DNA of 64,000 bases from NCBI GenBank assembly GCA_965235115.1, contig OZ249436.1, positions 31,684,001 to 31,748,000 on the forward strand, given 5' to 3'. Positions 50,770 through 64,000 of this stretch are shown here, one piece after another; position 1 is the stretch's first letter, and every line of letters starts with the position of its first letter. The notes below the pieces were generated by a model that saw only the letters and a program-made list of their open reading frames with translations, made no database searches and had not been told where the DNA came from. The translations under genes were made by a program, and so were the position numbers. Origin of the DNA: Laetmonice hystrix. Its lineage: Eukaryota.

Positions 50770-51617
50770 CTTCTGTTGCTTTCTAAATATAAGCAGGAGT
50801 AAATTTATATTTTCAGCATTAAACTTTTTCTTTCCGCAAATCTATCCGTGTTTTAACACTGCAGCTGCGGTTTCCATTGTCATTTCTTTCTATCGACTTT
50901 CACTGGAGAAATCCCCCACCCCCACCCCCACCCCCACCCCTCTTAAATACCTACTGCTCACTTTTTCAATCACCAAGAACTATTAAAAAGTATAAATCCA
51001 TTAAAAGCTTGCGGAAGTTTACAGATTGATGTTAATTGTTCAGGCTAGCTTCCTGCTGTGCCGACGTATGTAGAGAATCCCTTCAGGTACTTGGCATTCT
51101 CCCATCTGACCACAATATTGCATGCCGCCCTTTTTTTAGAGGCAAACCACGATGCCTGTATACGGGCCTGTATAAATTTACCAAACGACCATTAACTGTG
51201 TCAGCAATCACATGACTGAACAATTCAATGTCGTCAACTCCTGGGTCTAACCCTGTGGTCAGTGTCAATTCCAATACCCTTTCTCCATAGCTCCCTGACA
51301 CAGAAACGGTGTCAGCTGCTCACAATCTGGGTTGGTTATATATGGCTGCCCAGAAATACTGAAAGAGTTATACCATGATGGACTCTTTACATATTGGGTG
51401 ACAAAGGTGTTCGCCAACCAAACTGCTTGGAATTCACAAACTTTCATTACTGTATGTCCTCTTGCCTCCTCTGACTACCAGTACCTATTATAGGCCTCGG
51501 CCTAGCTTCTCTTTGGCAATTAACAGTTATTAATCAGCAGGCCTGTTCCATAGAAACATATACAGTGTGCCTTCCTAGGAGTATATCGTTCGCTTAATTA
51601 ATATTTGCCAATGCATC

Positions 51618-51914
51618 GCTGTATCAGTGTACATGGGAGAAAATCCATATCTTCACTATTCAGGTTTGTTCAAAACATTTCATTACCATGCATTTGAAAC
51701 CACACTTAGGAAGCATCACCTCTCTGAAAGCTTTTTACCTCTAAATCCAGGGAAGCTATCATTATAGTTTAAGGATAGCTTCCCTGGATTTAGAGGTGAA
51801 AGCTTTCAGACAGGTGATGCTTTCTTAGTGTGGTTTCAAATGCATGGCAATGAAATGTTTTGAACAAACCTGAATAGTGAAGATATGGATTCCCCCCATG
51901 TACACTGATACAGC
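51618..51914. repeat. ~140-bp-arm inverted repeat
   Basis: 51618-51760 is the near-exact reverse complement of 51774-51914, with a 13-nt spacer. Confidence 0.9.
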
Positions 51915-53589
51915 ATATGACATTCCAATCTTTCTTTTGGACACATTGGTTGGTCAGCATCGATGTTCTCACTGAGGAAAGCTGTGATCTTGTTGCACTT
52001 GACAGGCCGGACATTATAATTGGCTGACCATGGAAGCTGCGTGTTGGAATGCCAGACATCAGTCTCTGACCACCGGTTCTCCAGTCTGACCAAACAGCAT
52101 CAATCCCATCACTGACCCAGCATGTTGTAAACCCCTTCAATATTACATTCCTTTTTTTCTTCCCCAATTTTAAAGAGATAGTCAGTATTTATAGCTCCAA
52201 CCACTTTTATGCCCACAAACGTGCCAGCAGTCCAACCATTCCGGTCCAGAGTTGTTATAGGAGAAAAACGTGATTGTTTCACGTGCCATAGATACATTGA
52301 GCCTGGCAACGTGTTGATCTCGTCACTACCTGTCTACGTCATTCCGCCACCGACTCACATCACATAACTTTATTGAACACCACATGCGACAGACTTTTAT
52401 GCAATTATATCCAGCATCCTTAGATTCCCATGTGAAAATCAATGTTTTTACAGTAACTGAAGGTCATGCCAGCGCCTATATGAGAAAGCGCAAGCGGAGG
52501 TGTTGACATAGGGCGATAGGTTCTACATCCGACTGGTCCACATGCCCCATCAGTCTGGCAGAATAAATCTTACGGGGTGAATCTAATGGAGTGCCCTTGT
52601 CGGCTTGCTGGCTGCAGATGCTCCAGTTTTTTGTCGGCAGAGGCTGCATTATTATGTGTACCTTGGGATACTGGCACTGTCCATCAGGGCTGTGTATATC
52701 ATCTTGGAGCGGTGGAACAATCGACGTCGGCCGGCAGATCCTACTGGACGGGCCGGTCACGCCACAGTGTTGGACAAAGTCTGACGGCGACAGCGGGATG
52801 ACACCCCACAGACACCACTCAATACTGTCACTGCACGGTGCTGGGCCCGTTGGTGGATCACACTGAGGATTCCCCTCGGGTAATCCTCATTGTGAACCTG
52901 CCCCTAGTGTCAATGCCTGGTCAGTTACACAGAAATCTGCTGACTGTCCAACTATCACATTCTGAGGGACACACAACTTTCGTCAAGACATTTTATCCAG
53001 TGGCGTATATTTCCTCGGGCGTCGGGGGACCAGTATGGTCCAAGTAAAATGCTCCCTTTAAAGTTTGTTTCTGAATAGGTCCTTCCCTTCATGATTTCTA
53101 AATAGGAGCTTGTGCCACTGACTTTATCCCATTAGCAAAAGCCACCAAGGAAATACGAGTAAATAGGACTGTCATATTGGTGATAGCCTGGCATTCGTCC
53201 AGAGTTATTACATAGATCCACTCCCCCTGAAGGCAGTATTTAAACGAGCTGTTTGTTAAGAAACACCTTCATGTTGACTTTTGCCCTGATCGAACAACAT
53301 CAAACGACATGAGCATTCTTAACGTCTTGACAGGATAAAATAGGCGCGGGCTGTGTTAATGTAACCTCTCCAGCCGAGGGAGGATTTATCCTCCGGCCTC
53401 CACCCACTGCCAGTCGTGCTCCTGGGCTAGCCCAAGGCCCCTGGGGCACAATCTTACAAACCGTCATGAATGTCTATGAATGTAGAGTGTACTTTAGCCC
53501 TGCCGGTGCTGTATTTGCTGAGCGAGTGGTTCCACTTGTGGCTGCTTATTGGTCTCTGTAATGTCTTCTGTAAGCCGCTGAGTTTCTGG

Positions 53590-53906
53590 CTGAGAGATAC
53601 GTCTGTGCGTTGCTCTGAGATACGTCTGTGCGTTTCTCACGAGATACGTCTGTGCGTCTCTCTGAGATACGTCTGTGCGTTTCTCTGAGATACGTCTGTG
53701 CGTTTCTCTGAGATACGTCTGTGCTTTGCTCTCAGATACGTCTGTGCGTTGCTCTGAGATACGTCTGTGCGTTGCTCTGAGATAATATCTGTGCATTGCT
53801 CCGAGATACGTCTGTGCGTTGCTCTGATACGTCTGTGCGTTGCTCTGAGATACGTCTGTGCGTTGCTCTGAGATACGTCTGTGCGTTGCTCTGAGATACG
53901 TCTGCG
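53590..53906. repeat. 23-bp minisatellite, ~14 copies
   Basis: Unit CTGAGATACGTCTGTGCGTTGCT, contiguous, no spacers. Confidence 0.95.
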
Positions 53907-56900
53907 TAGCGAGAGGAACATTTAGTTTCACCAGTCATCGACTGCAGACTTCAGGACCTCGACGTTTTCATATACATTTGTATTCCTGTGATGTGTGATC
54001 TAACAAATCACTTACCCAGTATTCTACCCCTGAGAATATTAGAATATTTTGCCCGTTTCATTTTTTTTTAGGAAGGCAATCATCCCCATTCTACCGTCCC
54101 GTCCAAATGAGCCTTGTTTCTCATTTATTTGTATAATTTCCTTGTTGAGTGCGAGTTCCTGGATCACTGTCTACAATACGGATTATACATGCACTGTCAC
54201 TCAGGTGGGGAATTCAGTCAGTCAAGAATCAACTTTGAACAAGATTGTGTTTGAACAGTCTCTCTTCAGAAATTAATAAGTCAATTAAAGATTATTACTT
54301 TTAACCAATTGCCTCGTCCTACCTGCAGGCCTATAGATCTCTCCATCGATCAGTTACCAGCACTACCTTTCTTCTCCTCTGCTGCAGCATGCAAAATAAT
54401 TCATAATTCCAGTTGAAAGCAAACATTGTTGCAAATCACTTAATAATGGATGCATGATAAATCGGATTTTTATGGGAGCCCCCCCCCCCCCTTACTGTTC
54501 TGGGACCAAATTATGCCATCCGAATGGAGACAGCGTCTGGATGTCCAGTGCAGTATTTGAGAGATCAATAACTTTCCTAATCAATCTTCCTCTGACTATG
54601 ATATTAAACCAATTTCTCCCTCAGTTTCGGTTTCACCAGGAAATACGGTCTCACTATTGCCTCCTTTAAATTTACAACATTTTACAAAAATGGTTCTTAT
54701 TTTGCACTCCTCTGACGCAACTGCCAAATTCTATCGCCTCCACGCCCACTCATTATGGAACGTTTGGAAACTGAGCTCGCTGTTTCAGTGGATTGGCCCA
54801 TCCATCATTGCCTCCATCCCAGACCACTGCCGAGGAGGTGAATTTTTCGTGAGGCGGGGGCATGGGTAAGATGCAAATTGGGACAATTCTCGGAGTTAGA
54901 GAAACACTGCAGGCGACCCAATGGAGTTTCTAGGTATGGAGTGTCTGTCGGTGAACACTGGCGCGAGACCTGAATGGGCGGGGCGAGTGGCCTGCATAGG
55001 GTTGAGTGGCCTGCATTGATGTTGCACGATGACAACTGGGACTTACCAGTGCCCCATTCATGGCTCCACTGCGGGACGGACAGTGAGGACAGGGTGTCTA
55101 ATTACATCATTCAATACCTTCCTATACGCCTGGGTAAACTTTCTACCAATGACTGACTTAACCCCTGTCTCAAATCATTCACTATTATTGAGGCAATCAG
55201 ACATATAACCATAAAATACTGCGGAAATATATTTCGGGCGTTTCAATGTCAAGCCTCATGAACAAGCAGGACTTGGCAAAATGGCAGACATTTATGATTA
55301 AAAAATAAATAGGACAACTCTGGTGGCTTTATGTATCATGTTCCATAGGTCGGGCATGTTAATGGTTTGTTACTAAACATTTAGGCCTATGATTCAGCTT
55401 TTAGCAAGTACTTGTGTCGGCCACAGTTCAACACTGTATCTGATGGCAACTACATTTGCCATACAAAATTAATCCATGAAGATTATCAAGCGACGTCTTC
55501 TTTTGCATTTTTTTCTATCAGGCTCCTTTACAGCTTATTTAAGTGGGGCCATAAGATCACGTGTTGCACCGCTCTCCGTGCGACACACATGAGTGACCAC
55601 GAAATCTGGTCAAACCAAGTGCTAGATTTATGGCGCCAATAGCGTAAATAGGGTGAGACTGGGCGCCTTCGGCAGAGGGCAGGGTCGTGTGGCCTGTGCC
55701 TCCGTCACTGTGGCCAGCTACCACTATAGCTGCCATATACCACCAACCACTAGGGCCGGCCGGGTGGCCTGCCTGCTCATTTTAATGGCAGGCGGCTCGG
55801 CCACAAATGGGCCCTAATGAACGAAGCCCGGTGGCATGCGAACACTAGGGGACCGCGACTGACCTTGTTGGGGAACCCTTCAGGACATCAGTAATGGATT
55901 CCGACTGATTCACCCATTGGCCATACACCACTAATAACTACCCAGACAGACACATAATTCTACATTTACGTCTATACCTGTCATGATTTGCAACCCTAGA
56001 AGCCTGCCTGGCAAACATTTTCATGTATAGCACTTTCTGCCAAAGCTTTCTATTTTCCCCCTTTCTTTATCCAAAAGCTGAGCAGGCTATTTCCTACTAC
56101 TGGTCCAGTTTAATATCTAAGTATATGTAGGCCATAATGCTGCACACATTTATTTTGTAGTTAGGAAACATACGGATGAATTAAGGTTTACACGTTTCTG
56201 GGCTTTCTGTCCGGTCTGACGTTCTGTGACCGCCAACTGTTGACTACATCTGCCTTCAAGACAACCTGTTATCTGTAGAATTAACACTGACAATTCACTC
56301 TACCCCCTACCCCACCCCCCACCCCTCACCCACCACCACCACCACCACCACCACTGGGTGACAGCAATTCCTTCAGTTGTCAGTGTCAACAATATAGAGG
56401 ATGCATTAATTGGTGGGTCAATTAGATACAAATTAAAGTCACCTAATTGATTCTGAAATTTAGGTGTATACACAGACATTCTCAATGCATGCAAATCACG
56501 TTGCGGTGATCCCCTTTCCACAATGGTTAGTCTAACCTTGTTACGTACACCACTGGCAAACAATCACACCACTCGAACGGCACCTTGACATTTTATGATC
56601 ACAGCTCCTTAAGTAAATGATCCACGCTTAATGTCCTTCCCAAACATTGCGCGCCCAATCTCTCTGATCCAATCCCGAGCTTCACGCCTGGTTTGATATT
56701 TATTTACGTCATTTTGCGCAGCAGCACAATGGCGCTGAGGTCTGAAGGACCGGGGCCCTTTGAAGAGACCATTGTGTGGGTCGGCACTGGCTGTGAAGAT
56801 AACAGGGTATATGGACAAGCCTACGTTACCGACTGTCACGTCTCTGACAATCGTTCGACCAATAGTTGCTGTAGCAGTAAAGTGGTGCTCAGACCGACTC

Positions 56901-59900
56901 AACACAGTGTGGTTTTTTTTAAAAGGCCGAAAGGAAACCAAACCGGTGTCTAGCGCCCCGCCTGTGGTTTCGGTCGCGTGGTGTGTGGTTTATGGATGCC
57001 CCAGTATCATGTGGTGTTTGTGGATAGTACGTGCTCGGGCTGTCAGTTCCTGAAAGCATCATTCTGTACAATTTACTTATCATAATTATGAAAGAATACA
57101 CACGTGTGCACTGTACCGGTGACACCACTAGCGGCGCTGCATGCAATACTCCGCCCCTAACCAAGTTGTGATTTACGTCCGTCCGAACCGGTCTCCAATT
57201 AAAATAACATCTTACAACTCAATAAAAAAACTTCAGATGCAAAAGAAATTACTTTATAAGTGAATTATATAGCTCGAAAAAATCTTGTCCCGTGGTTTAT
57301 TGTCAATGACTGCCTTTCAGTTATTCCATGAAACTTCATTTTACTGACTTGAAATCATAATGAATAAAGAAAATTCAAATGAATTCGATATTAATTAAAT
57401 TCTTTATTGAACCAAATTCCATTTAACCATGTCCACGTCATTAGCTTAGTTTCCTGTGTGCATTAATCCTCCATTGCTTCGTTTGTTTGGGGCCCAACGT
57501 CAACAAATGATTCTTTTTACGAGTGGGTCCTCGTCTAGACCTTTATTATCTTCTGGTTGTCAGCCCGGCTTAGATAGATCTACCATTATAACTCGTCCAC
57601 AAATATGTCCCTCTATTAAACATTCAACTTCAACTTCCGCAGCCGTCTGAAGCAGAGGGTACACACTCCTCAATTATTGATCACCCCTTGCCGTCTACCG
57701 TTTGTTTAATCTGATATCATATCAATCTCCACCAAGTAAACACCCTCAAATAAGGTAGACTCGGTGACATTTCATCAGTCTAACTGAGCTTGGCACAAAC
57801 CAGCCCAGCTTTCCTGCTATTGATAGGATTAGCACGCTGCCACCAAAGAATTACGACCACAGCAACATGCACAGTATACAGTGGTCTGAAACGGTTGCCG
57901 TTTTCGACCACCATCTATAAAAAAAGGATTGTGCATGCGGTTGCAGCTGTGGATTGTCAAGTGCGCCATGTCGGCAATCGATAATGCCAATGCAGGCCTA
58001 GCCAAACGGACGACTAAACCGTAACCTGTATAACTACAGTGTGCCACTTCCTTCGCGCACATTAATAATTTTTCAGGGGCAATACTGGGCTAAAACACCG
58101 CGGGGCAGAAAAGAACAAAAAAATCTCCCTGAACCAACTATTCTTCCCCCACCCCCCGACGGTAAGGGTAGGGTTCGTGAGGTAAGGGCTATGTAGGCCA
58201 GCACAGCCTTGTTTATATTTAAAAGGGGGAAGGGTTAGGGTAAAATAAACCCTCTACCATCCCTCCCCCATGACAAGCCAGAACTAAAAACCTTCAGCCC
58301 TGAAAGGGCAGTAACGACATCGTCCGCTGACCCAGGAACGAGGAAGTCCAGTAAGTCCCAGCTTTCTGTTGACAGCCATACGTTTCTTCCAGTTTCGTAG
58401 GCCGACTACATTGTACTCGTACTTGCTTACTCATACTTATAGTAACACAATCACTACATAATCATCACCGGAGGATAGCACAAACAAAGCTTCCCTCACT
58501 CATGTGCTGATCTTACAGCTTGTTATATCAACTGACATCATGTGAAGAACGTACGGGGGCGGAGTCTCTATAGCTGCTGTCCAAACAGTGTGTAAAAATA
58601 TGAGATGAATTCTCAGAATTTCTGAACACTGAGACCACCACATGGAGATGAAACATAACGCCTGTCTGAGAACCGGGCCGGTCCGGAAAATATAGAGTGT
58701 CTTTAGCGTGGCGCGCCGCCCTGTCCCTAACCTGACACAACCAGGCCAAGGCGGGGCACGGTCATTTCAAACCACTCTGCAACTGAACGATAGCACGCCC
58801 CGAACAGACCTAATTTGTATGATTGATGGAATACAGGTTTCTCTCAAGATCACTTTACTTAGACACCCTCCCCCCCCCCCCCACCCACATACCCACACAC
58901 TCCAGCCCTCCCCCGTCTGATGCCAAAAGAAATGGGGACCTGTCTTGCTCCACACCCCCACGTGCCAGATCCCAGAGATACTGATAGATCTAATCATCTC
59001 CTGGCAGGGATCCAAGTTTAATCACCGGACCATCCTTTAATGTCAATGTCTTCCGGTGATCAACATTCTCTTCCTACACCTGGTAAATTCCACGGGATCA
59101 AATGGATCAAGTTGATCCTTCTCTGTAGATTTATATATCGCTCATGGCCTTTGTATATGATTCACTACTAAGGGAATGTGACACAAGTCAGCTGGGTCGA
59201 TGATACAGCCACCTCTATTCTATATTTACAGCGAGGACAGGAAAGTTAACCCACGCGTGCATGGTGTACAGAAGCAGCCTTTGCGAACGCGTTAAAAAAA
59301 GTCACTCCTTGACACCTCACTTAGAAAAAACTTCAGCTGAGTAATGTTAGAGTGAAATATTGATTCCACAAGATGTAGGCCTACTCTCTTTCAACAACAT
59401 TCTTTGATTTTTAAATCATTCTAGGTTTATGACTCCAATATGGGCAAGCTACCTAATAATAATAAGCCTACTCCTCTGACTCTAATAAATGGTTGAAATA
59501 ATTCACGTGAGAATTTAGTTCACGGTTAAACGTGCCCTCAATAGCTATTGCATTGATACGACTAACTTGTGTTCTATAAATATGCATGGGCAATATCCCT
59601 AGTACACTCCAATCATCCCAAACAATTCGTAATTTTCTCACTCAATCTCCCACTATCCATTTCACATCAATTGCTGTCGTATCTTACAGCAACAGCAGGG
59701 CCCAGTTCCTAAAAACTTAAGATCATCTCGCTTAAGTTTAAGCTTAAGGCTTCTGATTGGCTGGTCTGCTCCACTTGGATTTGTTATTTGCTCTTCCAGT
59801 ATGAACTGTAAATAATTTAAATCTAAATCTCAACCACTCATTACAATTGTGACAATCGTGTTCTTGTTACAGATGTACCGCCTGATTTTCAGACCAGCCT

Positions 59901-60466
59901 CCAGAAAAGGTCTTCAATTTGGTGGGAGCAGATGTTTCAATGCTATACATGACTGGGCGGGACAGGGCTGAGAGAGACTGAGGTGTGAACCTGTGTAATG
60001 GGTAAGATCATAATTAGTCTCTGCACACCGTCTGAGATCAAAGACGCCGGTCCTTCCGCCACCTGCGCTGTCACTCAGTATCTCACCGATAGTGTCTTTC
60101 ACATGCGCTGCACCCAAACTGACACACTTTGGAAATACTCTTGCCCCACAGCTCCAATCAGGGTTGACCTGCAGGCAAGCACCTGGCCTGGAGCCGAACC
60201 TTAGAATCTGCAGCCCCATATTCAAAGAATCTGTGACGCACCATGAGTCAGCTTCTCACAGAAACGACAGGTACTGTAGGAGGATGGAGCTGGCTCCTGC
60301 CCGTAGCACATACAACACTTCAGATGATACTGCTTTGTTCTGCACCCGACTCGATCTACACTTACAAGCATTTCTTTCTCGGTACCTAGAATTAGAATAT
60401 ACTGCATCTGTTGCTGGATACCACACGTTTATAATACATCTGAACGTGACAGGGGAGAGTCAGTCA

Positions 60467-61033
60467 CGTTTCGACTAAAGGTCTGTAACGTTTCGACTAA
60501 AGATCTGTAACGTTTTGACTAAAGGTTTGTAACGTTTTGACTAAAGGTTTGTAACGTTTCGACTAAAGGTCTGTAACGTTTCGACTAAAGGTCTGTAACG
60601 TTTTGACTAAAGGTTTGTAACGTTTTGACTAAAGGTCTGTAACGTTTCGACTAAAGGTCTGTAACGTTTCGACTAAAGGTCTGTAACGTTTTGACTAAAG
60701 GTTTGTAACGTTTCGACTAAAGGTTTGTAACGTTTCGACTAAAGATTTGTAACGTTTCGACTAAAGGTCTGTAACGTTTCGACTAAAGGTCTGTAACGTT
60801 TCGACTAAAGGTCTGTAACGTTTCGACTAAAGGTCTGTAAAGTTTCGACTAAAGGTCTGTAACGTTTCGACTAAAGGTCTGTAACGTTTCGACTAAAGGT
60901 CTGTAACGTTTCGACTAAAGGTTTGTAACGTTTCGACTAAAGGTTTGTAACGTTTCGACTAAAGGTTTGTAACGTTTCGACTAAAGGTTTGTAACGTTTC
61001 GACTAACTTGTAACGTTTCGACTAAAGGTTTGT
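60467..61033. repeat. 22-bp minisatellite, ~26 copies
   Basis: Unit AACGTTTCGACTAAAGGTCTGT with C/T variants, contiguous, no spacers. Confidence 0.95.
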
Positions 61034-64000
61034 CCCCGTAGAAACACCACTACCGCGAGGTTACTAGAACCTGAACCTCACCATGTCAGATGATAAACAC
61101 TAACCTCTGAGTACACGATAAGTCGTGGACCTATAAACAGTAACTGGCAACTGTTTATTAAAAAGAACCACATTTCAGCCCACACTCTCCTTACTTTACC
61201 TTTCCTTTTTTCCCCCATAAAACACTCCGTACACAATAATCTAAACTAGTAGGACTTCCACTCTTAAGTTACTGAAGTTGAATTATATGTCAAGATATGC
61301 CATTTTAGGGCATCTATTTCTAAATTCGGTTGGCAGACCCTGGAAGATTTTTCAAAATGAGCGAAGAACGGCTAAAAAATGCACAACTTCCATCACAATT
61401 TATTATAGAAAATCTTGGAAACAATCAATCATTCACCCTGTTATGATCCTGACACCAGTTTTGGCCATTGCTGACCCGCGGCAAAGATCAAAGGTCGAGT
61501 AAAGCCACTGCACCGAGGTGTGCCTGGGAGGCTTTGTGATACAGTCTATTGCTCCCCTAGTCCCAGCAGCCTGGGGTGACCTAAATGTATTGGTTACCAA
61601 GGTAACCAACCTAGAGGATGCTCATTTAAAAGTTTTTGAAATGGTAAAAAGCCTTTTTTTTTCTTCCAGTTACTAGTACATACGTTTTCTTCCATGATAT
61701 TGTATTGTAGCCATGGAGGTATGATATCTGAATTAGAATTAGAATCTGAATTAGAGAACAACTTTTTGGGGTGGTCTTTTTTTAGACTTTCAACATAATC
61801 CATTCAGACTGGCGTATCTCATTCGTTACTTGTTATAAACATTGAATAACAGTACCGATAGAAATCCTGATATCCTACAAATGCCATGTTTCAGGAAGAT
61901 CTCAGATTGTAGATTTTACTTTCCCAAGACACAGAATCGCGAGTGAGCGAGTGGGTGGGGGAGTGAGCGAGCGAGTGAGTGAATTGTTAGTGCTGTGTAT
62001 TGGCGGCAAAACGTCGAGTTTTAACATTGAAAACACCTGTGATTTATCAGCATTTTTCTCAACGTTGAAGCTGCCAAGTCGTGTGCCAGGATATGACAAT
62101 GGTAAAAATCGGTCATCAACTCTCGTCTGGGTATTTGGCAAGGACTGCATCGTTATCATTATATGAACATGTCTGGACATTGCTGTATTCGTATTTCTGG
62201 CAACTTGATCAAATATTTCATCATTAATTGTCTGCGCATATGAGCTTTACATTTGAGTTTTACCACAGTTTCAGACAAACAAATGAAATGTACAATCTGA
62301 TAGCGACAACGAAACTCATTCTTCTAATTCCTATCCTCTATTGCAGAAGAGATAAACTGCGTGGAACCTGACAGGTTAATATCTCTATAAAAATGAAATG
62401 GTGTCAACGGTTTGATGTATCCTCTACTGCAATAAAAGACTAACAAAATACATGATTCTACCACAGCAGTGTAGATAAGTCACAGCTCTTCGCGCACAAG
62501 AACAAATCTCTGCACGTCAGCCTGGCGCTCCACAATCAACCACTTCATCGGGCGTCAGCTGATGAATCAAATGTCTTCGTTTGCTTCCTATTGTCAAGAA
62601 TCAAAGACTGGTACCGCTTTGTGGCTTGCTAAAGACTCGCCCATCCCAACTCCGTTGGCGCTGCATCATCAGTCACACTGCACGACTCTAGCACGGCATC
62701 GATCTTGCGTGCTTAGTGTCAATGGACGTACCAACAGAGACAATATTGCAGAATTTTAACCTTGAGCAGTCTCGGTGCGACTCGCAGTCTCGGTTGCCAG
62801 TATACGTGCACCCCTTCTCAGGGGAATCAATGGCACAGGGGGATGGCACCACAGCCTCCACCAATCCACTGCATGCAAGAACCTACCATTATACCATGCC
62901 CTTACACTGCCCCTTTCACATTCCACTAAAACCATGCCACTCTGCTGAACTAAATCAACGTGTGCCCTCCTCCCTAAATAGACGTTAAACCTAATCTACT
63001 AAAGGCCTCCTGGTGCATATCATCAGGCTGACGACTAAATTGACCACTGCAAATTGCCAATTGCCTTTTTTTTCTACTCAATTACCTGGTCGTGCCCCAG
63101 TTAATGTCCTGCCTTATAATGATTACAGGTGATTATATCAGTCCCGTCATGCTACCTGTATAATAAGACCGTGTACTTCTCAAGTTCTCATGAGAACTTT
63201 ACCATTCTCTCTCCGCTTGGAGAAGTTTCTGAATTGTATCTCAGAGGGACAAACTGACGTTTTTACTTCCATAAATACCGAAAGCTTTGCCGGATATTTT
63301 CTCCCTCGCCAGCCCTTCCACTGTCATCGCTGATCAGTGCCAGATAAAAGTCAGCGGACGGAAGAGGTAATCTTGGTGAGTGTTTGGAGTTAAGGAGATC
63401 AATGGGTACACACTTCGGCTCCATTCTACCCGTCACTGGCTCACAGAGGGCCTCAACGATCCTCAACCCTTTATCTGTTAGTTACGGACAGTATCTTTCT
63501 AAATGATGTGATTTCCAATATCGTGTGTTTTCACAACGGTAAAAACTACCATCAGTGTGCAAACTGATTAATATAAACAACAGGATAACCTGAGGGTCGA
63601 CGGAATAGTTTGACCATATTTAAAGCAACGGGGGGGAGGGGTCTACTTAGCATTAATCTTAGGATATTAAATGATCTTCCTGTACCCGTGCAAATTGTCG
63701 AGTTAGCGACTCCAAGGCAGACACCACGAATTCAGACGTGCCTTGCGGGCTTCCTTAGTTTGTATTTCTGTGTATGTAATCAATGATGTCGTGCTGAGGT
63801 TCGGTCGGGGAGGGCGGAGGCCACATTCAATCCATCTGTTGTCAACCAACAACAATGGCGCTTCGTTCCTTCAGGCCAACATCCCATGCAAATGCTAATC
63901 GCTCAAAAGCGATAGAGGCTCGATGACAGCTGTGAAGTCTCCGTAGCCTCTTCTTATTTCAATGAGCGGCTACTTTCGCGTGCTCTCCTTTGATGCTGAT

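Noticed and set aside
53494..53938. Repetitive ORFs and CRISPR-like repeat
   Set aside because: The ORFs are by-products of a 23-bp minisatellite open in several frames, and there are no spacers.
54010..54060. Tetraspanin exon 1 (W|GTAAG donor)
   Set aside because: An in-frame stop lies 14 codons upstream, with no start codon.
55632..55650. LTR primer-binding site (TGGCGCC)
   Set aside because: No extended tRNA complementarity recognised and no paired LTR found.
60467..61033. CRISPR array
   Set aside because: The repeats are contiguous with no unique spacers, there are no cas genes, and the context is eukaryotic.

Overview
Eukaryotic animal genomic DNA, probably an invertebrate and likely lophotrochozoan-type (inferred from protein similarity), with spliceosomal introns and many short non-autonomous DNA transposons. 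Five protein-coding genes can be assembled by hand from GT-AG sites. (1) An uncharacterised + strand nuclear-factor-like gene: a common exon (7601-8551: compact N-terminal alpha/beta module, polyQ, NLS-like and SUMO-like motifs) can splice in phase 0 to at least two unrelated, stop-terminated 3' exons (10473-11054 and 15222-15818). This resembles the constant-plus-variable architecture of lola/mod(mdg4) but has no BTB domain, and is the most interesting feature here. (2) Mitochondrial ATP synthase subunit f (4 exons, - strand). (3) An F-box/LRR gene with a single coding exon (+). (4) A FAM104/VCF-like gene (4 exons, -). (5) A TSPAN15-like TspanC8 tetraspanin (7 exons, -; first exon not found). 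Introns and intergenic DNA hold Harbinger-, hAT-, piggyBac-, Tc1/pogo- and Merlin-like MITEs (some nested three deep), two DINE-1/HINE-like elements, two minisatellites, two long foldbacks and a decayed coding-like tract at 51-57 kb. All family assignments are from motif recognition, not database searches.
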